Positions 15,001 through 30,000 of a stretch of 64,000 bases of DNA are shown piece by piece. A program made the translations under genes and the position numbers. Position 1 is the stretch's first letter. The number at the start of each line of letters is the position of its first letter. The notes beneath the pieces are model-generated. The model was not told the origin of the DNA, did not search any database, and was given only the letters and a program-made list of their open reading frames with translations. Location of the stretch: assembly GCA_964016885.1 (NCBI GenBank), contig OZ024741.1, positions 115,506,001 through 115,570,000 of the forward strand. Direction: 5' to 3'. The DNA comes from Eledone cirrhosa (taxonomy: Eukaryota).

Positions 15001-18000
15001 TTGAAAGATGTGGTTGAGGTAGGGGTTACATTTGTGATAGAATATAGATATAACTCTGAATGCAAGATATTCTTAGGTACGGGTTACATTTGTCAGAGAA
15101 TATAGATATAACGCTGATTGAATGATTATCTTGAAGTAGGGTTTACATTTGTCATAGAATATAGATATAACTCTGATTGAAAGATGTTCTTGAGGTGGGG
15201 GTTACATTTGTCATAGAATATAGATATAACTCTGATTGAAAGATGTTCTTGAGGTGGGGGTTACATTTGTCATAGAATATAGATATAACTCTGATTGAAA
15301 GATGTTCTTGAGATGCGGGTTACATTTGTCATAGAATATAGATATATCTCTGAATGAAATATGTACTTGAAGTAGGGGTTACATTTGTCATAGAATATAG
15401 ATATAACTATGATTGAAAGATTATCTTGAAGTAGGGGTTACATTTGTCATAGGATATAGATATAACTCAGACTAAAAGATGATCTTGATGTAGGGGTTAC
15501 ATTTGTTATAGAATATAGATATAACTCTGATTGAAAGATATTCTTGAGGTAGGGGTTACATTTGTCATAGAATATAGATATAACTCAGAATAAAAGATTA
15601 TCTTGAGGTAGGGGTTACATTTGCTATAGAATATAGATATAACCCTGATTGAAAGATTTTGTTGAGGTGGGGGTTACATTTGTCATAGAATATAGATATA
15701 ACTCTCATTGAAAGATTTTGTTGAGGTGGGGGTTACATTTGTTATAGTATATAGATATAACTCTGATAGACAGATGATCTTGAGGTAGGGGTTACATTTG
15801 TCATAGGATACAGATATAACTCAGACTAAAAGATGATCTTGAGGTAGAGTTACATTTGTTATAGAATATAGATATAACTCTGATTGAAAGATTTTGTTGA
15901 TGTAGGGGTTACGTTTGTCATAGAATATAGATATAACTCTGACTGAAAGATATTATTGAGGTAGGGGTTACAATTGTCATAGAACATAGATATAACTCTG
16001 ATTGAAAGATATTCTTGAGGTAGGGGTTACATTTGTCATAGAATAGAGATATAACACTGATTGAAAGATTTTGTTGATGTAGGGGTTACATTTGTCATAG
16101 AATATAGATATAACTCTGACTGAAAGATATTATTGAGGTTGGGGTTACAATTGTCATAGAATATAGATATAACTCAGATCGAACGAAATACTTGAGGTGG
16201 GAGTTACATTTGTCATAGAATAGAGATATAACACTGATTGAAAGATGATCTTGAGGTAGGGTTACATTTGTCATAGAATATAGATATAACTCTGTTTGAA
16301 AGATGTTCTTGAGATGGGGGTTACATATGTCATAGAATATAGATATAACTCAGATTGAAAGATGTTCTTGAGGTGGGGTTACATTTGTCATAGAATATAG
16401 ATATAACTATGTTTGAAAGATGTTCTTGAGGTGGGGGTTACATTTGTCATAGAATATAGATATAACTATGATTGAAAGATGTTCTTGAGGTAGGTGTTAC
16501 ATTTGTCATAGAATATAGATATAACTCTGATTGAAAGATGTGGTTGAGGTAGGGGTTACATTTGTGATAGAATATAGATATAACTCTGAATGCAAGATAT
16601 TCTTAGGTACGGGTTACATTTGTCAGAGAATATAGATATAACGCTGATTGAATGATTATCTTGAAGTAGGGTTTACATTTGTCATAGAATATAGATATAA
16701 CTCTGATTGAAAGATGTTCTTGAGGTGGGGGGTTACATTTGTCATAGAATATAGATATAACTCTGATTGAAAGATGTTCTTGAGGTGGGGGTTACATTTG
16801 TCATAGAATATAGATATAACTCTGATTGAAAGATGTTCTTGAGGTGGGGGTTACATTTGTCATAGAATATATATATAACTCTGATTGAAAGATTTTCTTG
16901 AGGTGGGGGTTACATTTATCATAGAATATAGATATAACTCTGATTGAAAGATTTTCTTGAGGTGGGGGTTACATTTGTCATAGAATATAGATATAACCCT
17001 GATTGAAAGATTTTGTTGAGGTGGGGTTACATTTGTCATAGAATATAGATATAACTCTCATTGAAAGATTTTGTTGAGGTGGGGGTTACATTTGTCATAG
17101 AATATAGATATAACTCTGATTGAAAGATTTTGTTGAGATGGGGGTTACATTTGTCATAGAATAGAGATATAACACTGATTGAAAGATTTTGTTGAGGTGG
17201 GGGTTACATTTGTCATTGAATATAGATATAACTCTGATTGAAAGATTTTGTTGAGGTGGGGTTACATTTGTCATAGTATATAGATATAACTCTGATAGAA
17301 AGATGATCTTGAGGTAGGGGTTACACTTGTCCTAGGATATAGATATAACCTTGATTGAAAGATGTTCTAGAGGTGGGGTTACATTTGTCATAGAATATAG
17401 ATATAACTCAGACTAAAAGATGTTCTTGAGGTAGGGGTTACATTTGTTATAGAATATAGATATAACTCTGATTGAAAGATATTCTTGAGGTAGGGGTTAC
17501 ATTTGTCATAGAATATAGATATAACTCTGACTGAAAGGTATTATTGAGGTAGGGGTTACATTTGTCATAGAATATAGATATAACTCTGATCGAAAGAAAT
17601 ACTTGAGGTGGGGATTACATTTTTCATAGAATATAGATATAACTCTGAATGCAAGATATTCTTAGGTAGGGGTTACATTTGTCATAGAATATAGATATAA
17701 CACTGATTGAAAGATTTTGTTGAGGTAGGGGTTACATTTGTCATAGGATATAGATATAACTATGATTGAAAGATATTCTTGAGGTAGGGGTCACGTTTGT
17801 CATAGAATATAGATATAACGCTGATTGAAAGATTATCTTGAAGTAGGGGTTACATTTGTCATAGGATATAGATATAACTCTGTTTGAAAGATGTTCTTGA
17901 GGTGGGGGTTACATTTGTCATAGAATATAGATATAACTCTGATTGAAAGATGTTCTTGAGGTGGAGGTTACATTTGTCATAGAATATAGATATAACCCAG

Positions 18001-21000
18001 AATGAAAGATGTTCTTGAGGTGGGGGTTACATTTGTCATAGAATATAGATATAACTCTGATTGAAGGATGTTCTTGAGGTGGGGGTTACATTTGTCATAG
18101 AATATAGATATAACTCTGATTGAAAGATGTTCTAGAGGTGGAGGTTACATTTGTCATAGAATATAGATATAACTCTAATTGAAAGATGTTCTTGAGGTGG
18201 GGGTTACATTTGTCATAGAATATATATATAACTCTGATTGAAAGATGTTCTTGAGGTGGGGGTTGCATTTATCATAGAATATAGATATAACTCTGATTGA
18301 AAGATGTTCTTGAGATGGGGGTTACATTTGTCATAGATTATAGATATATCTCTGAATGAAATATGTACTTGAAGTAGGGGTTACATTTGTCATAGAATAT
18401 AGATATAACTATGATTGAAAGATTATCTTGAAGTAGGGGTTACATTTGTCATAGGATATAGATATAACTCAGTCTAAAAGATGATCTTGAGGTAGGGGTT
18501 ACATTTGTTATAGAATATAGATATAACTCTAATTGAAAGATATTCTTGAGGTAGGGGTTACATTTGTCATAGAATATAGATATAACTCTCATTGAAAGAT
18601 TTTGTTGAGGTGGGGGTTACATTTGTCATAGAATATAGATATAACTCTGATTGAAAGATTTTGTTGAGATGGGGGTTACATTTGTCATAGAATAGAGATA
18701 TAACACTGATTGAAAGATTTTGTTGAGGTGGCGGTTACATTTGTCATAGAATATAGATATAACTCTGATTGAAAGATTTTGTTGAGGTGGGGTTACATTT
18801 GTCATAGTATATAGATATAACTCTGATTGAAAGATTTGTTGATGTAGGGGTTACATTTGTCATAGAATATAGATATAACTCTGATAGAAAGATGATCTTG
18901 AGGTAGGGGTTACACTTGTCCTAGGATATAGATATAACCTTGATTAAAAGATGTTCTTGAGGTGGGGGTTACATTTGTCATAGAGTATAGATATAACTCT
19001 GTTTGAAAGATGTTCTTGAGATGGGGGTTACATTTGTCATAGAATATAGATATATCTCTGAATGAAATATGTACTTGAAGTAGGGGTTACATTTGTAATA
19101 GAATATAGATATAACTATGATTGAAAGATTATCTTGAAGTAGGGGTTACATTTGTCATAGGATATAGATATAACTCAGACTAAAAGATGATCTTGAGGTA
19201 GGGGTTACATTTGTTATAGAATATAGATATAACTCTGATTGAAAGATATTCTTGAGGTAGGGGTTACATTTGTCATAGAATATAGATATAACTCAGAATA
19301 AAAGATTATCTTGAGGTAGGGGTTACATTTGCTATAGAATATAGATATAACCCTGATTGAAAGATTTTGTTGAGGTGGGGGTTACATTTGTCATAGAATA
19401 TAGATATAACTCTCATTGAAAGATTTTGTTGAGGTGGGGGTTACATTTGTCATAGAATATAGATATAACTCTGATTGAAAGATGTTCTTGAGGTGGGGGT
19501 TACATTTGTCATAGAATATAGATATAACTCTGATTGAAAGATGTTCTTGAGATGGGGGTTACATTTGTCATAGAATATAGATATAACTCAGACTAAAAGA
19601 TGTTCTTGAGGTAGGGGTTACATTTGTTATAGAATATAGATATAACTCTGATTGAAAGATATTCTTGAGGTAGGGGTTACATTTGTCATAGAATATAGAT
19701 ATAACTCTGACTGAAAGGTATTATTGAGGTAGGGGTTACATTTGTCATAGAATTTAGAAATAACTCTGATTGAAAGTTATTCTTGAGGTAGGGGTTACAT
19801 TTGTCATAGAATAGAGATATAACACTGATTGAAAGATTTTGTTGATGTAGGGGTTACATTTGTCATAGAATATAGATATAACTCTGACTGAAAGATATTA
19901 TTGAGGTAAGGTTACAATTGTCATAGAATATAGATATAACTCTGATCGAAAGAAATACTTGAGGTGGGGATTACATTTTTCATAGAATATAGATATAACT
20001 CTGTATGCAAGATATTCTTAGGTAGGGGTTACATTTTTCATAGAATATAGATATAACACTGATTGAAAGATTTTGTTGAGGTAGGGGTTACATTTGTCAT
20101 AGGATATAGATATAACTATGATTGAAAGATATTCTTGAGGTAGGGGTCACGTTTGTCATAGAATATAGATATAATGCTGATTGAAAGATTATCTTGAAGT
20201 AGGGGTTACATTTGTCATAGGATATAGATATAACTCTGCTTGAAAGATGTTCTTGAGGTGGAGGTTACATTTGTCATAGAATATAGATATAACTCTAATT
20301 GAAAGATGTTCTTGAGGTGGGGGTTACATTTGTCATAGAATATATATATAACTCTGATTGAAAGATGTTCTTGAGGTGGGGGTTGCATTTATCATAGAAT
20401 ATAGATATAACTCTGATTGAAAGATGTTCTTGAGATGGGGGTTACATTTGTCATAGATTATAGATATATCTCTGAATGAAATATGTACTTGAAGTAGGGG
20501 TTACATTTGTCATAGAATATAGATATAACTATGATTGAAAGATTATCTTGAAGTAGGGGTTACATTTGTCATAGGATATAGATATAACTCAGTCTAAAAG
20601 ATGATCTTGAGGTAGGGGTTACATTTGTTATAGAATATAGATATAACTCTGATTGAAAGATATTCTTGAGGTAGGGGTTACATTTGTCATAGAATATAGA
20701 TATAACTCAGAATAAAAAATTATCTTAAGGTAGGGTTTACATTTGTTATAGAATATAGATATAACCCTGATTGAAAGATTTTGTTGAGGTGGGGGTTACA
20801 TTTGTCATAGAATATAGATATAACTCTCATTGAAAGATTTTGTTGAGGTGGGGGTTACATTTGTCATAGAATATAGATATAACTCTGATTGAAAGATTTT
20901 GTTGAGATGGGGGTTACATTTGTCATAGAATAGAGATATAACACTGATTGAAAGATTTTGTTGAGGTGGCGGTTACATTTGTCATAGAATATAGATATAA

Positions 21001-21900
21001 CTCTGATTGAAAGATTTTGTTGAGGTGGGGTTACATTTGTCATAGTATATAGATATAACTCTGATTGAAAGATTTGTTGATGTAGGCGTTACATTTGTCA
21101 TAGAATATAGATATAACTCTGATAGAAAGATGATCTTGAGGTAGGGGTTACACTTGTCCTAGGATATAGATATAACCTTGATTGAAAGATGTTCTTGAGG
21201 TCGGGGTTACATTTGTCATAGAGTATAGATATAACTCTGTTTGAAAGATGTTCTTGAGATGGGGGTTACATTTGTCATAGAATATAGATATATCTCTGAA
21301 TGAAATATGTACTTGAAGTAGGGGTTACATTTGTCATAGAATATAGATATAACTATGATTGAAAGATTATCTTGAAGTAGGGGTTAGATTTGTCATAGGA
21401 TATAGATATAACTCAGACTAAAAGATGATCTTGAGGTAGGGGTTACATTTGTTATAGAATATAGATATAACTCTGATTGAAAGATATTCTTGAGGTAGGG
21501 TTACATTTGTCATAGAATATAGATATAACTCTGACTGAAAGGTATTATTGAGGTAGGGGTTACATTTGTCATAGAATATAGAAATAACTCTGATTGAAAG
21601 AAATTCTTGAGGTAGGGGTTACATTTGTCATAGAATAGAGATATAACACTGATTGAAAGATTTTGTTGATGTAGGGGTTACATTTGTCATAGAATATAGA
21701 TATAACTCTGACTGAAAGATATTATTGAGGTAAGGTTACAATTGTCATAGAATATAGATATAACTCTGATCGAAAGAAATACTTGAGGTGGGGGTTACAT
21801 TTGTCATAGAATATAGATATAACTCTGAATGCAAGGTATTCTTAGGTAGGGGTTACATTTGTTATAGAATATAGATATAACTCTGTTTGAAAGATGTTCT
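1..21900. repeat. Satellite variant domain A
   Basis: Markers CAGACTAAAAG/CAGTCTAAAAG, GAATGAAATATGTAC, CACTTGTCCTAG, GGTTGCATTTATC, TTAGGTACGGG, GAACGAAATAC and CAGAATAAAA are common here. They are absent after ~24.5 kb, and the last copies (24.1-24.5 kb) lie in a junction duplication. Confidence 0.8.
6430..17050. repeat. Tandem duplication of a 5298-bp (~90-monomer) block (copy 1 ~6430-11727, copy 2 ~11728-17050)
   Basis: Private variants recur at offset 5298: TGAAGGATGATC 6643/11941, GAAGAGGGG 8836/14134, GATGCGGG (C at 10018/15316), CAAAGTAT 9561/14859, AACGAAA 10884/16182, G6 run 11429/16727. Confidence 0.9.
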
Positions 21901-24900
21901 TGAGGTGGGGGTTACATTTGTCATAGAATATAGATATAACTCTGATTTAAAGATGTTCTTGAGGTGGAGGTTACATTTGTCATAGAATATAGATATAACC
22001 CAGAATGAAAGATGTTCTTGAGGTGGGGGTTACATTTGTCATAGAATATAGATATAACTCTGATTGAAGGATGTTCTTGAGGTGGGGGTTACATTTGTCA
22101 TAGAATATAGATATAACTCTGATTGAAAGATGTTCTTGAGGTGGAGGTTACATTTGTCATAGAATATAGATATAACTCTGATTGAAAGATATTCTAGATG
22201 TAAGGGTTACATTTGTCATAGAATATAGATATAACTCTGATTGAAAGATTTTGTTGAGGTGGGGGTTACATTTGTCATAGAATATAGATATGTCTCTGAT
22301 TGAAAGATGTACTTGAAGGAGGGGTTACATTTGTCATAGAATATAGACATAACCCTGATGGAAAGATGTTCTTGAAGTAGGGGTTACATTTGTCATAGAA
22401 TATAGATATAACTCTGAATGCAAGATATTCTTAGGTAGGGGTTACATTTGTCATAGAATATAGATATAACACTGATTGAAAGATTTTGTTGAGGTAGGGG
22501 TTACATTTTTCATAGAATATAGATATAACTATGATTGAAAGATATTCTTGAGGTAGAGGTTACATTTGTCATAGAATATAGATGTAACGTTGATTGAAAG
22601 ATTATCTTGAAGTAGGGGTTACATTTGTCATAGGATATAGAAATAACTCTGATTGAAAGATGTTCTTGAGATGGGGGTTACATTTGTCATAGAATATAGA
22701 TATAACTCTGATTGAAAGATGTTCTTGAGGTGGGGGTTATATTTGTCATAGAATATAGATATAACTCTGATTGAAAGATGTTCTTGAGATGGGGGTTACA
22801 TTTGTCATAGAATATAGATATATCTCTGATTGAAAGATGTTCTTGATCTGGAGGTTACATTTGTCATAGAATATAGATATAACTCTGATAGAAAGATGTT
22901 CTTGAGGTGGGGGTTACATTTGTCATAGAATATAGATATAACTCTGATTGAAAGATGTTCTTGAGATGGGGGTTACATTTGTCATAGAATATAGATATAT
23001 CTCTGATTGAAAGATGTTCTTGATCTGGAGGTTACATTTGTCATAGAATATAGATATAACTCTGATAGAAAGATGTTCTTGAGGTGGGGGTTACATTTGT
23101 CATAGAATATAGATATAACCCTGATTGAAAGATGTTCTGGAGGTGGGGTTACATTTGTCATAGAATATAGATATAACTCAGAATACAAGATTATCTTGAG
23201 GTAGGGGTTACATTTGTTATAGAATATAGATATAACCCTGATTGAAAGATGTTCTTGAGGTGGGGGTTACATTTGTCATAGAATATAGATATAACTCTGA
23301 TAGAAAGATGTTCTTGAGGTGGGGGTTACATTTGTCATAGAATATAGATATAACTCTGATTGGAAGATGTTCTTGAGGTGGAGGTTACATTTGTCATAGA
23401 ATATAGATATAACTCTGATTGAAAGATGTTCTTGAGATGGGGGTTACATTTGTCATAGAATATAGATATAACTCTGATTGAAAGATGTTCTTGAGGTGGG
23501 GGTTACATTTGTCATAGAATATAGATATAACTCTGATTGAAAGATGTTCTTGAGGTGGGGGTTACATTTGTCATAGAATATAGTTATAACTCTGATTGAA
23601 AGATGTTCTTGAGGTGGAGGTTACATTTGTCATAGAATATAGATATAACCCAGAATGAAAGATGTTCTTGAGGTGGGGGTTACATTTGTCATAGAATATA
23701 GATATAACTCTGACTGAAAGATTTTATTGAGGTAGGGCTTACAATTGTCATAGAATATAGATATAACTCTGATCGAAAGAAATACTTGAGGTGGGGGTTA
23801 CATTTGTCATAGAATAGAGATATAACACTGATTGAAAGATGATCTGGAGGTAGGGTTACATTTGTCATAGAATATAGATATAACTCTGTTTGAAAGATGT
23901 TCTTGAGATGGGGGTTACATATGTCATAGAATATAGATATAACTCAGATTGAAAGATGTTCTTGAGGTGGGGTTACATTTGTCATAGAATATAGATATAA
24001 CTCTGATTGAAAGATGTTGTTGAGGTGGGGGTTACATTTGTCATAGAATATAGATATAACACTGATTGAAAGATTTTGTTGAGGTGGGGTTACATTAGTC
24101 ATAGTATATAGATATAACTCTGATTGAAAGATTTGTTGATGTAGGCGTTACATTTGTCATAGAATATAGATATAACTCTGATAGAAAGATGATCTTGAGG
24201 TAGGGGTTACACTTGTCCTAGGATATAGATATAACCTTGATTGAAAGATGTTCTTGAGGTCGGGGTTACATTTGTCATAGAGTATAGATATAACTCTGTT
24301 TGAAAGATGTTCTTGAGATGGGGGTTACATTTGTCATAGAATATAGATATATCTCTGAATGAAATATGTACTTGAAGTAGGGGTTACATTTGTCATAGAA
24401 TATAGATATAACTATGATTGAAAGATTATCTTGAAGTAGGGGTTAGATTTGTCATAGGATATAGATATAACTCAGACTAAAAGATGATCTTGAGGTAGGG
24501 GTTACATTTGTTATAGAATATAGATATAACTCTGATTGAAAGATATTCTTGAGGTAGGGTTACATTTGTCATAGAATATAGATATAACTCTGACTGAAAG
24601 GTATTATTGAGGTAGGGGTTACATTTGTCATAGAATATAGAAATAACTCTGATTGAAAGATATTCTTGAGGTAGGGGTTACATTTGTCATAGAATAGAGA
24701 TATAACACTGATTGAAAGATTTTGTTGATGTAGGGGTTACATTTGTCATAGAATATAGATATAACTCTGACTGAAAGATATTATTGAGGTAAGGTTACAA
24801 TTGTCATAGAATATAGATATAACTCTGATCGAAAGAAATACTTGAGGTGGGGGTTACATTTGTCATAGAATATAGATATAACTCTGAATGCAAGATATTC

Positions 24901-27085
24901 TTAGGTAGGGGTTACATTTGTTATAGAATATAGATATAACTCTGTTTGAAAGATGTTCTTGAGGTGGGGGTTACATTTGTCATAGAATATAGATATAACT
25001 CTGATTTAAAGATGTTCTTGAGGTGGAGGTTACATTTGTCATAGAATATAGATATAACCCAGAATGAAAGATGTTCTTGAGGTGGGGGTTACATTTGTCA
25101 TAGAATATAGATATAACTCTGATTGAAGGATGTTCTTGAGGTGGGGGTTACATTTGTCATAGAATATAGATATAACTCTGATTGAAAGATGTTCTTGAGG
25201 TGGAGGTTACATTTGTCATAGAATATAGATATAACTCTGATTGAAAGATATTCTAGATGTAAGGGTTACATTTGTCATAGAATATAGATATAACTCTGAT
25301 TGAAAGATTTTGTTGAGGTGGGGGTTACATTTGTCATAGAATATAGATATGTCTCTGATTGAAAGATGTACTTGAAGGAGGGGTTACATTTGTCATAGAA
25401 TATAGACATAACCCTGATGGAAAGATGTTCTTGAAGTAGGGGTTACATTTGTCATAGAATATAGATATAACTCTGAATGCAAGATATTCTTAGGTAGGGG
25501 TTACATTTGTCATAGAATATAGATATAACACTGATTGAAAGATTTTGTTGAGGTAGGGGTTACATTTTTCATAGAATATAGATATAACTATGATTGAAAG
25601 ATATTCTTGAGGTAGAGGTTACATTTGTCATAGAATATAGATGTAACGTTGATTGAAAGATTATCTTGAAGTAGGGGTTACATTTGTCATAGGATATAGA
25701 TATAACTCTGATTGAAAGATGTTCTTGAGATGGGGGTTACATTTGTCATAGAATATAGATATAACTCTGATTGAAAGATGTTCTTGAGGTGGGGGTTATA
25801 TTTGTCATAGAATATAGATATAACTCTGATTGAAAGATGTTCTTGAGATGGGGGTTACATTTGTCATAGAATATAGATATATCTCTGATTGAAAGATGTT
25901 CTTGATCTGGAGGTTACATTTGTCATAGAATATAGATATAACTCTGATAAAAAGATGTTCTTGAGGTGGGGGTTACATTTGTCATAGAATATAGATATAA
26001 CTCTGATTGAAAGATGTTCTTGAGATGGGGGTTACATTTGTCATAGAATATAGATATATCTCTGATTGAAAGATGTTCTTGATCTGGAGGTTACATTTGT
26101 CATAGAATATAGATATAACTCTGATAGAAAGATGTTCTTGAGGTGGGGGTTACATTTGTCATAGAATATAGATATAACCCTGATTGAAAGATGTTCTGGA
26201 GGTGGGGTTACATTTGTCATAGAATATAGATATAACTCAGAATACAAGATTATCTTGAGGTAGGGGTTACATTTGTTATAGAATATAGATATAACCCTGA
26301 TTGAAAGATGTTCTTGAGGTGGGGGTTACATTTGTCATAGAATATAGATATAACTCTGATAGAAAGATGTTCTTGAGGTGGGGGTTACATTTGTCATAGA
26401 ATATAGATATAACTCTGATTGGAAGATGTTCTTGAGGTGGAGGTTACATTTGTCATAGAATATAGATATAACTCTGATTGAAAGATGTTCTTGAGATGGG
26501 GGTTACATTTGTCATAGAATATAGATATAACTCTGATTGAAAGATGTTCTTGAGGTGGGGGTTACATTTGTCATAGAATATAGTTATAACTCTGATTGAA
26601 AGATGTTCTTGAGGTGGAGGTTACATTTGTCATAGAATATAGATATAACCCAGAATGAAAGATGTTCTTGAGGTGGGGGTTACATTTGTCATAGAATATA
26701 GATATAACTCTGACTGAAAGATTTTATTGAGGTAGGGCTTACAATTGTCATAGAATATAGATATAACTCTGATCGAAAGAAATACTTGAGGTGGGGGTTA
26801 CATTTGTCATAGAATAGAGATATAACACTGATTGAAAGATGATCTGGAGGTAGGGTTACATTTGTCATAGAATATAGATATAACTCTGTTTGAAAGATGT
26901 TCTTGAGATGGGGGTTACATATGTCATAGAATATAGATATAACTCAGATTGAAAGATGTTCTTGAGGTGGGGTTACATTTGTCATAGAATATAGATATAA
27001 CTCTGATTGAAAGATGTTGTTGAGGTGGGGGTTACATTTGTCATAGAATATAGATATAACACTGATTGAAAGATTTTGTTGAGGT
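21020..27085. repeat. Tandem duplication of a ~3059-bp (52-monomer) block spanning the A/B junction
   Basis: GTAGGCGTT (C at 21087/24146), GGTTAGATT, GAGGTCGGGG and ORF copies 22982/26041 recur at offset 3059. After loss of one monomer the offset is 3000 (lines 23581-24060 match 26581-27060). Confidence 0.9.
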
Positions 27086-30000
27086 AGGGGTTACATTTGT
27101 CATAGAATATAGATATAACTATGATTGAAAGATGTTCTTGAGGTAGGGGTTACATTTGTCATAGAATATAGATATAACGCTGATTGAAAGATTATCTTGA
27201 AGTAGGGGTTACATTTGTCATAGAATATAGATATATCTCTGATTGAAAGATGTTCTTGATCTGGAGGTTACATTTGTCATAGAATATAGATATAACTCTG
27301 ATAGAAAGATGTTCTTGAGGTGGGGGTTACATTTGTCATAGAATATAGATATAACTCTGATTGAAAGATGTTCTTGAAATGGGGGTTACATTTGTCATAG
27401 AATATAGATATATCTCTGATTGAAAGATGTTCTTGATCTGGAGGTTACATTTGTCATAGAATATAGATATAACTCTAATAGAAAGATGTTCTTGAGGTGG
27501 GGGTTACATTTGTCATAGAATATAGATATAACCCTGATTGAAAGATGTTCTGGAGGTGGGGTTACATTTGTCATAGAATATAGATATAACTCAGAATACA
27601 AGATTATCTTGAGGTAGGGGTTACATTTGTTATAGAATATAGATATAACCCTGATTGAAAGATGTTCTTGAGGTGGGGGTTACATTTGTCATAGAATATA
27701 GATATAACTCTGATAGAAAGATGTTCTTGAGGTGGGGGTTACATTTGTCATAGAATATAGATATATCTCAGAATACAAGATTATCTTGAGGTAGGGGTTA
27801 CATTTGTCATAGAATATAGATATATCTCTGATTGAAAGATGTTCTTGATCTGGAGCTTACATTTGTCATAGAATATAGATATAACTCTGATAGAAAGATG
27901 TTCTTGAGGTGGGGGTTACATTTGTCATAGAATATAGATATAACCCTGATTGAAATATGTTCTGGAGGTGGGGTTACCTTTGTCATAGAATATAGATATA
28001 CCTCAGAATACAAGATTATCTTGAGGTAGGGGTTACATTTGTTATAGAATATAGATATAACCCTGATTGAAAGATGTTCTTGAGGTGGGCGTTACATTTG
28101 TCATAGAATATAGATATAACTCTGATTGAAAGATTATCTTGAAGTAGGGGTTACATTTGTCATAGGATATAGATATAACTCTGATTGAAAGATGTTCTTG
28201 AGATGGGGGTTACATTTGTCATAGAATATAGATATAACTCTGATTGAAAGATGTTCTTGAGGTGGGGGTTATATTTGTCATAGAATATAGATATAACTCT
28301 GATTGAAAGATGTTCTTGAGATGGGGGTTACATTTGTCATAGAATATAGATATATCTCTGATTGAAAGATGTTCTTGATCTGGAGGTTACATTTGTCATA
28401 GAATATAGATATAACTCTAATAGAAAGATGTTCTTGAGGTGGGGGTTACATTTGTCATAGAATATAGATATAACTCTGATTGAAAGATGTTCTTGAAATG
28501 GGGGTTACATTTGTCATAGAATATAGATATATCTCAGATTGAAAGATGTTCTTGATCTGGAGGTTACATTTGTCATAGAATATAGATATAACTCTGATAG
28601 ACAGATGTTCCTGAGGTGGGGGTTACATTTGTCATAGAATATAGATATAACTCTGATTGAAAGATGTTCTTGAGGTGGGGGTTACATTTGTCATAGAATA
28701 TAGTTATAACTCTGATTGAAAGATGTTCTTGAGGTGGATGTTACATTTGTCATAGAATATAGATATAACCCAGAATGAAAGATGTTCTTGAGGTGGGGGT
28801 TACATTTGTCATAGAATATAGATATAACTCTGACTGAAAGATTTTATTGAGGTAGGGCTTACAATTGTCATAGAATAAAGATATAACTCTGATCGAAAGA
28901 AATACTTGAGGTGGGGGTTACATTTGTCATAGAATAGAGATATAACACTGATTGAAAGATGATCTGGAGGTAGGGTTACATTTGTCATAGAATATAGATA
29001 TAACTCTGTTTGAAAGATGTTCTTGAGATGGGGGTTACATATGTCATAGAATATAGATATAACTCAGATTGAAAGAAGATGTTCTTGAGGTGTGGTTACA
29101 TTTGTCATAGAATATAGATATAACTCTGATTGAAAGATGTTGTTGAGGTGGGGGTTACATTTGTCATAGAATATAGATATAACACTGATTGAAAGATTTT
29201 GTTGAGGTAGGGGTTACATTTGTCATAGAATATAGATATAACTATGATTGAAAGATGTTCTTGAGGTAGGGGTTACATTTGTCATAGAATATAGATATAA
29301 CGCTGATTGAAAGATGTTCTTGAAGTAGGGGTTACATTTGTCATAGAATATAGATATAACTCTGAATGCAAGATATTCTTAGGTAGGGGTTACATTTGTC
29401 ATAGAATATAGATATAAGTCTGATTGAAAGATGTTGTTGAGGTGGGGGTTACATTTGTCATAGAATATAGATATAACACTGATTGAAAGATTTTGTTGAG
29501 GTATGGGTTACATTTTTCATAGAATATAGATATAACTATGATTGAAAGATATTCTTGAGGTAGAGGTTACATTTGTCATAGAATATAGATATAACGCTGA
29601 TTGAAAGATTATCTTGAAGTAGGGGTTACATTTGTCATAGGATATAGATATAACTCTGATTGAAAGATGTTCTTGAGATGGGGGTTACATTTGTCATAGA
29701 ATATAGATATAACTCTGATTGAAAGATGTTCTTGAGGTGGGGGTTATATTTGACATAGAATATAGATATAACTCTGATTGAAAGATGTTCTTGAGATGGG
29801 GGTTACATTTGTCATAGAATATAGATATATCTCTGATTGAAAGATGTTCTTGATCTGGAGGTTACATTTGTCATAGAATATAGATATAACTCTGATAGAA
29901 AGATGTTCTTGAGGTGGGGGTTACATTTGTCATAGAATATAGATATAACTCTGATTGAAAGATGTTCTTGAAATGGGGGTTACATTTGTCATAGAATATA

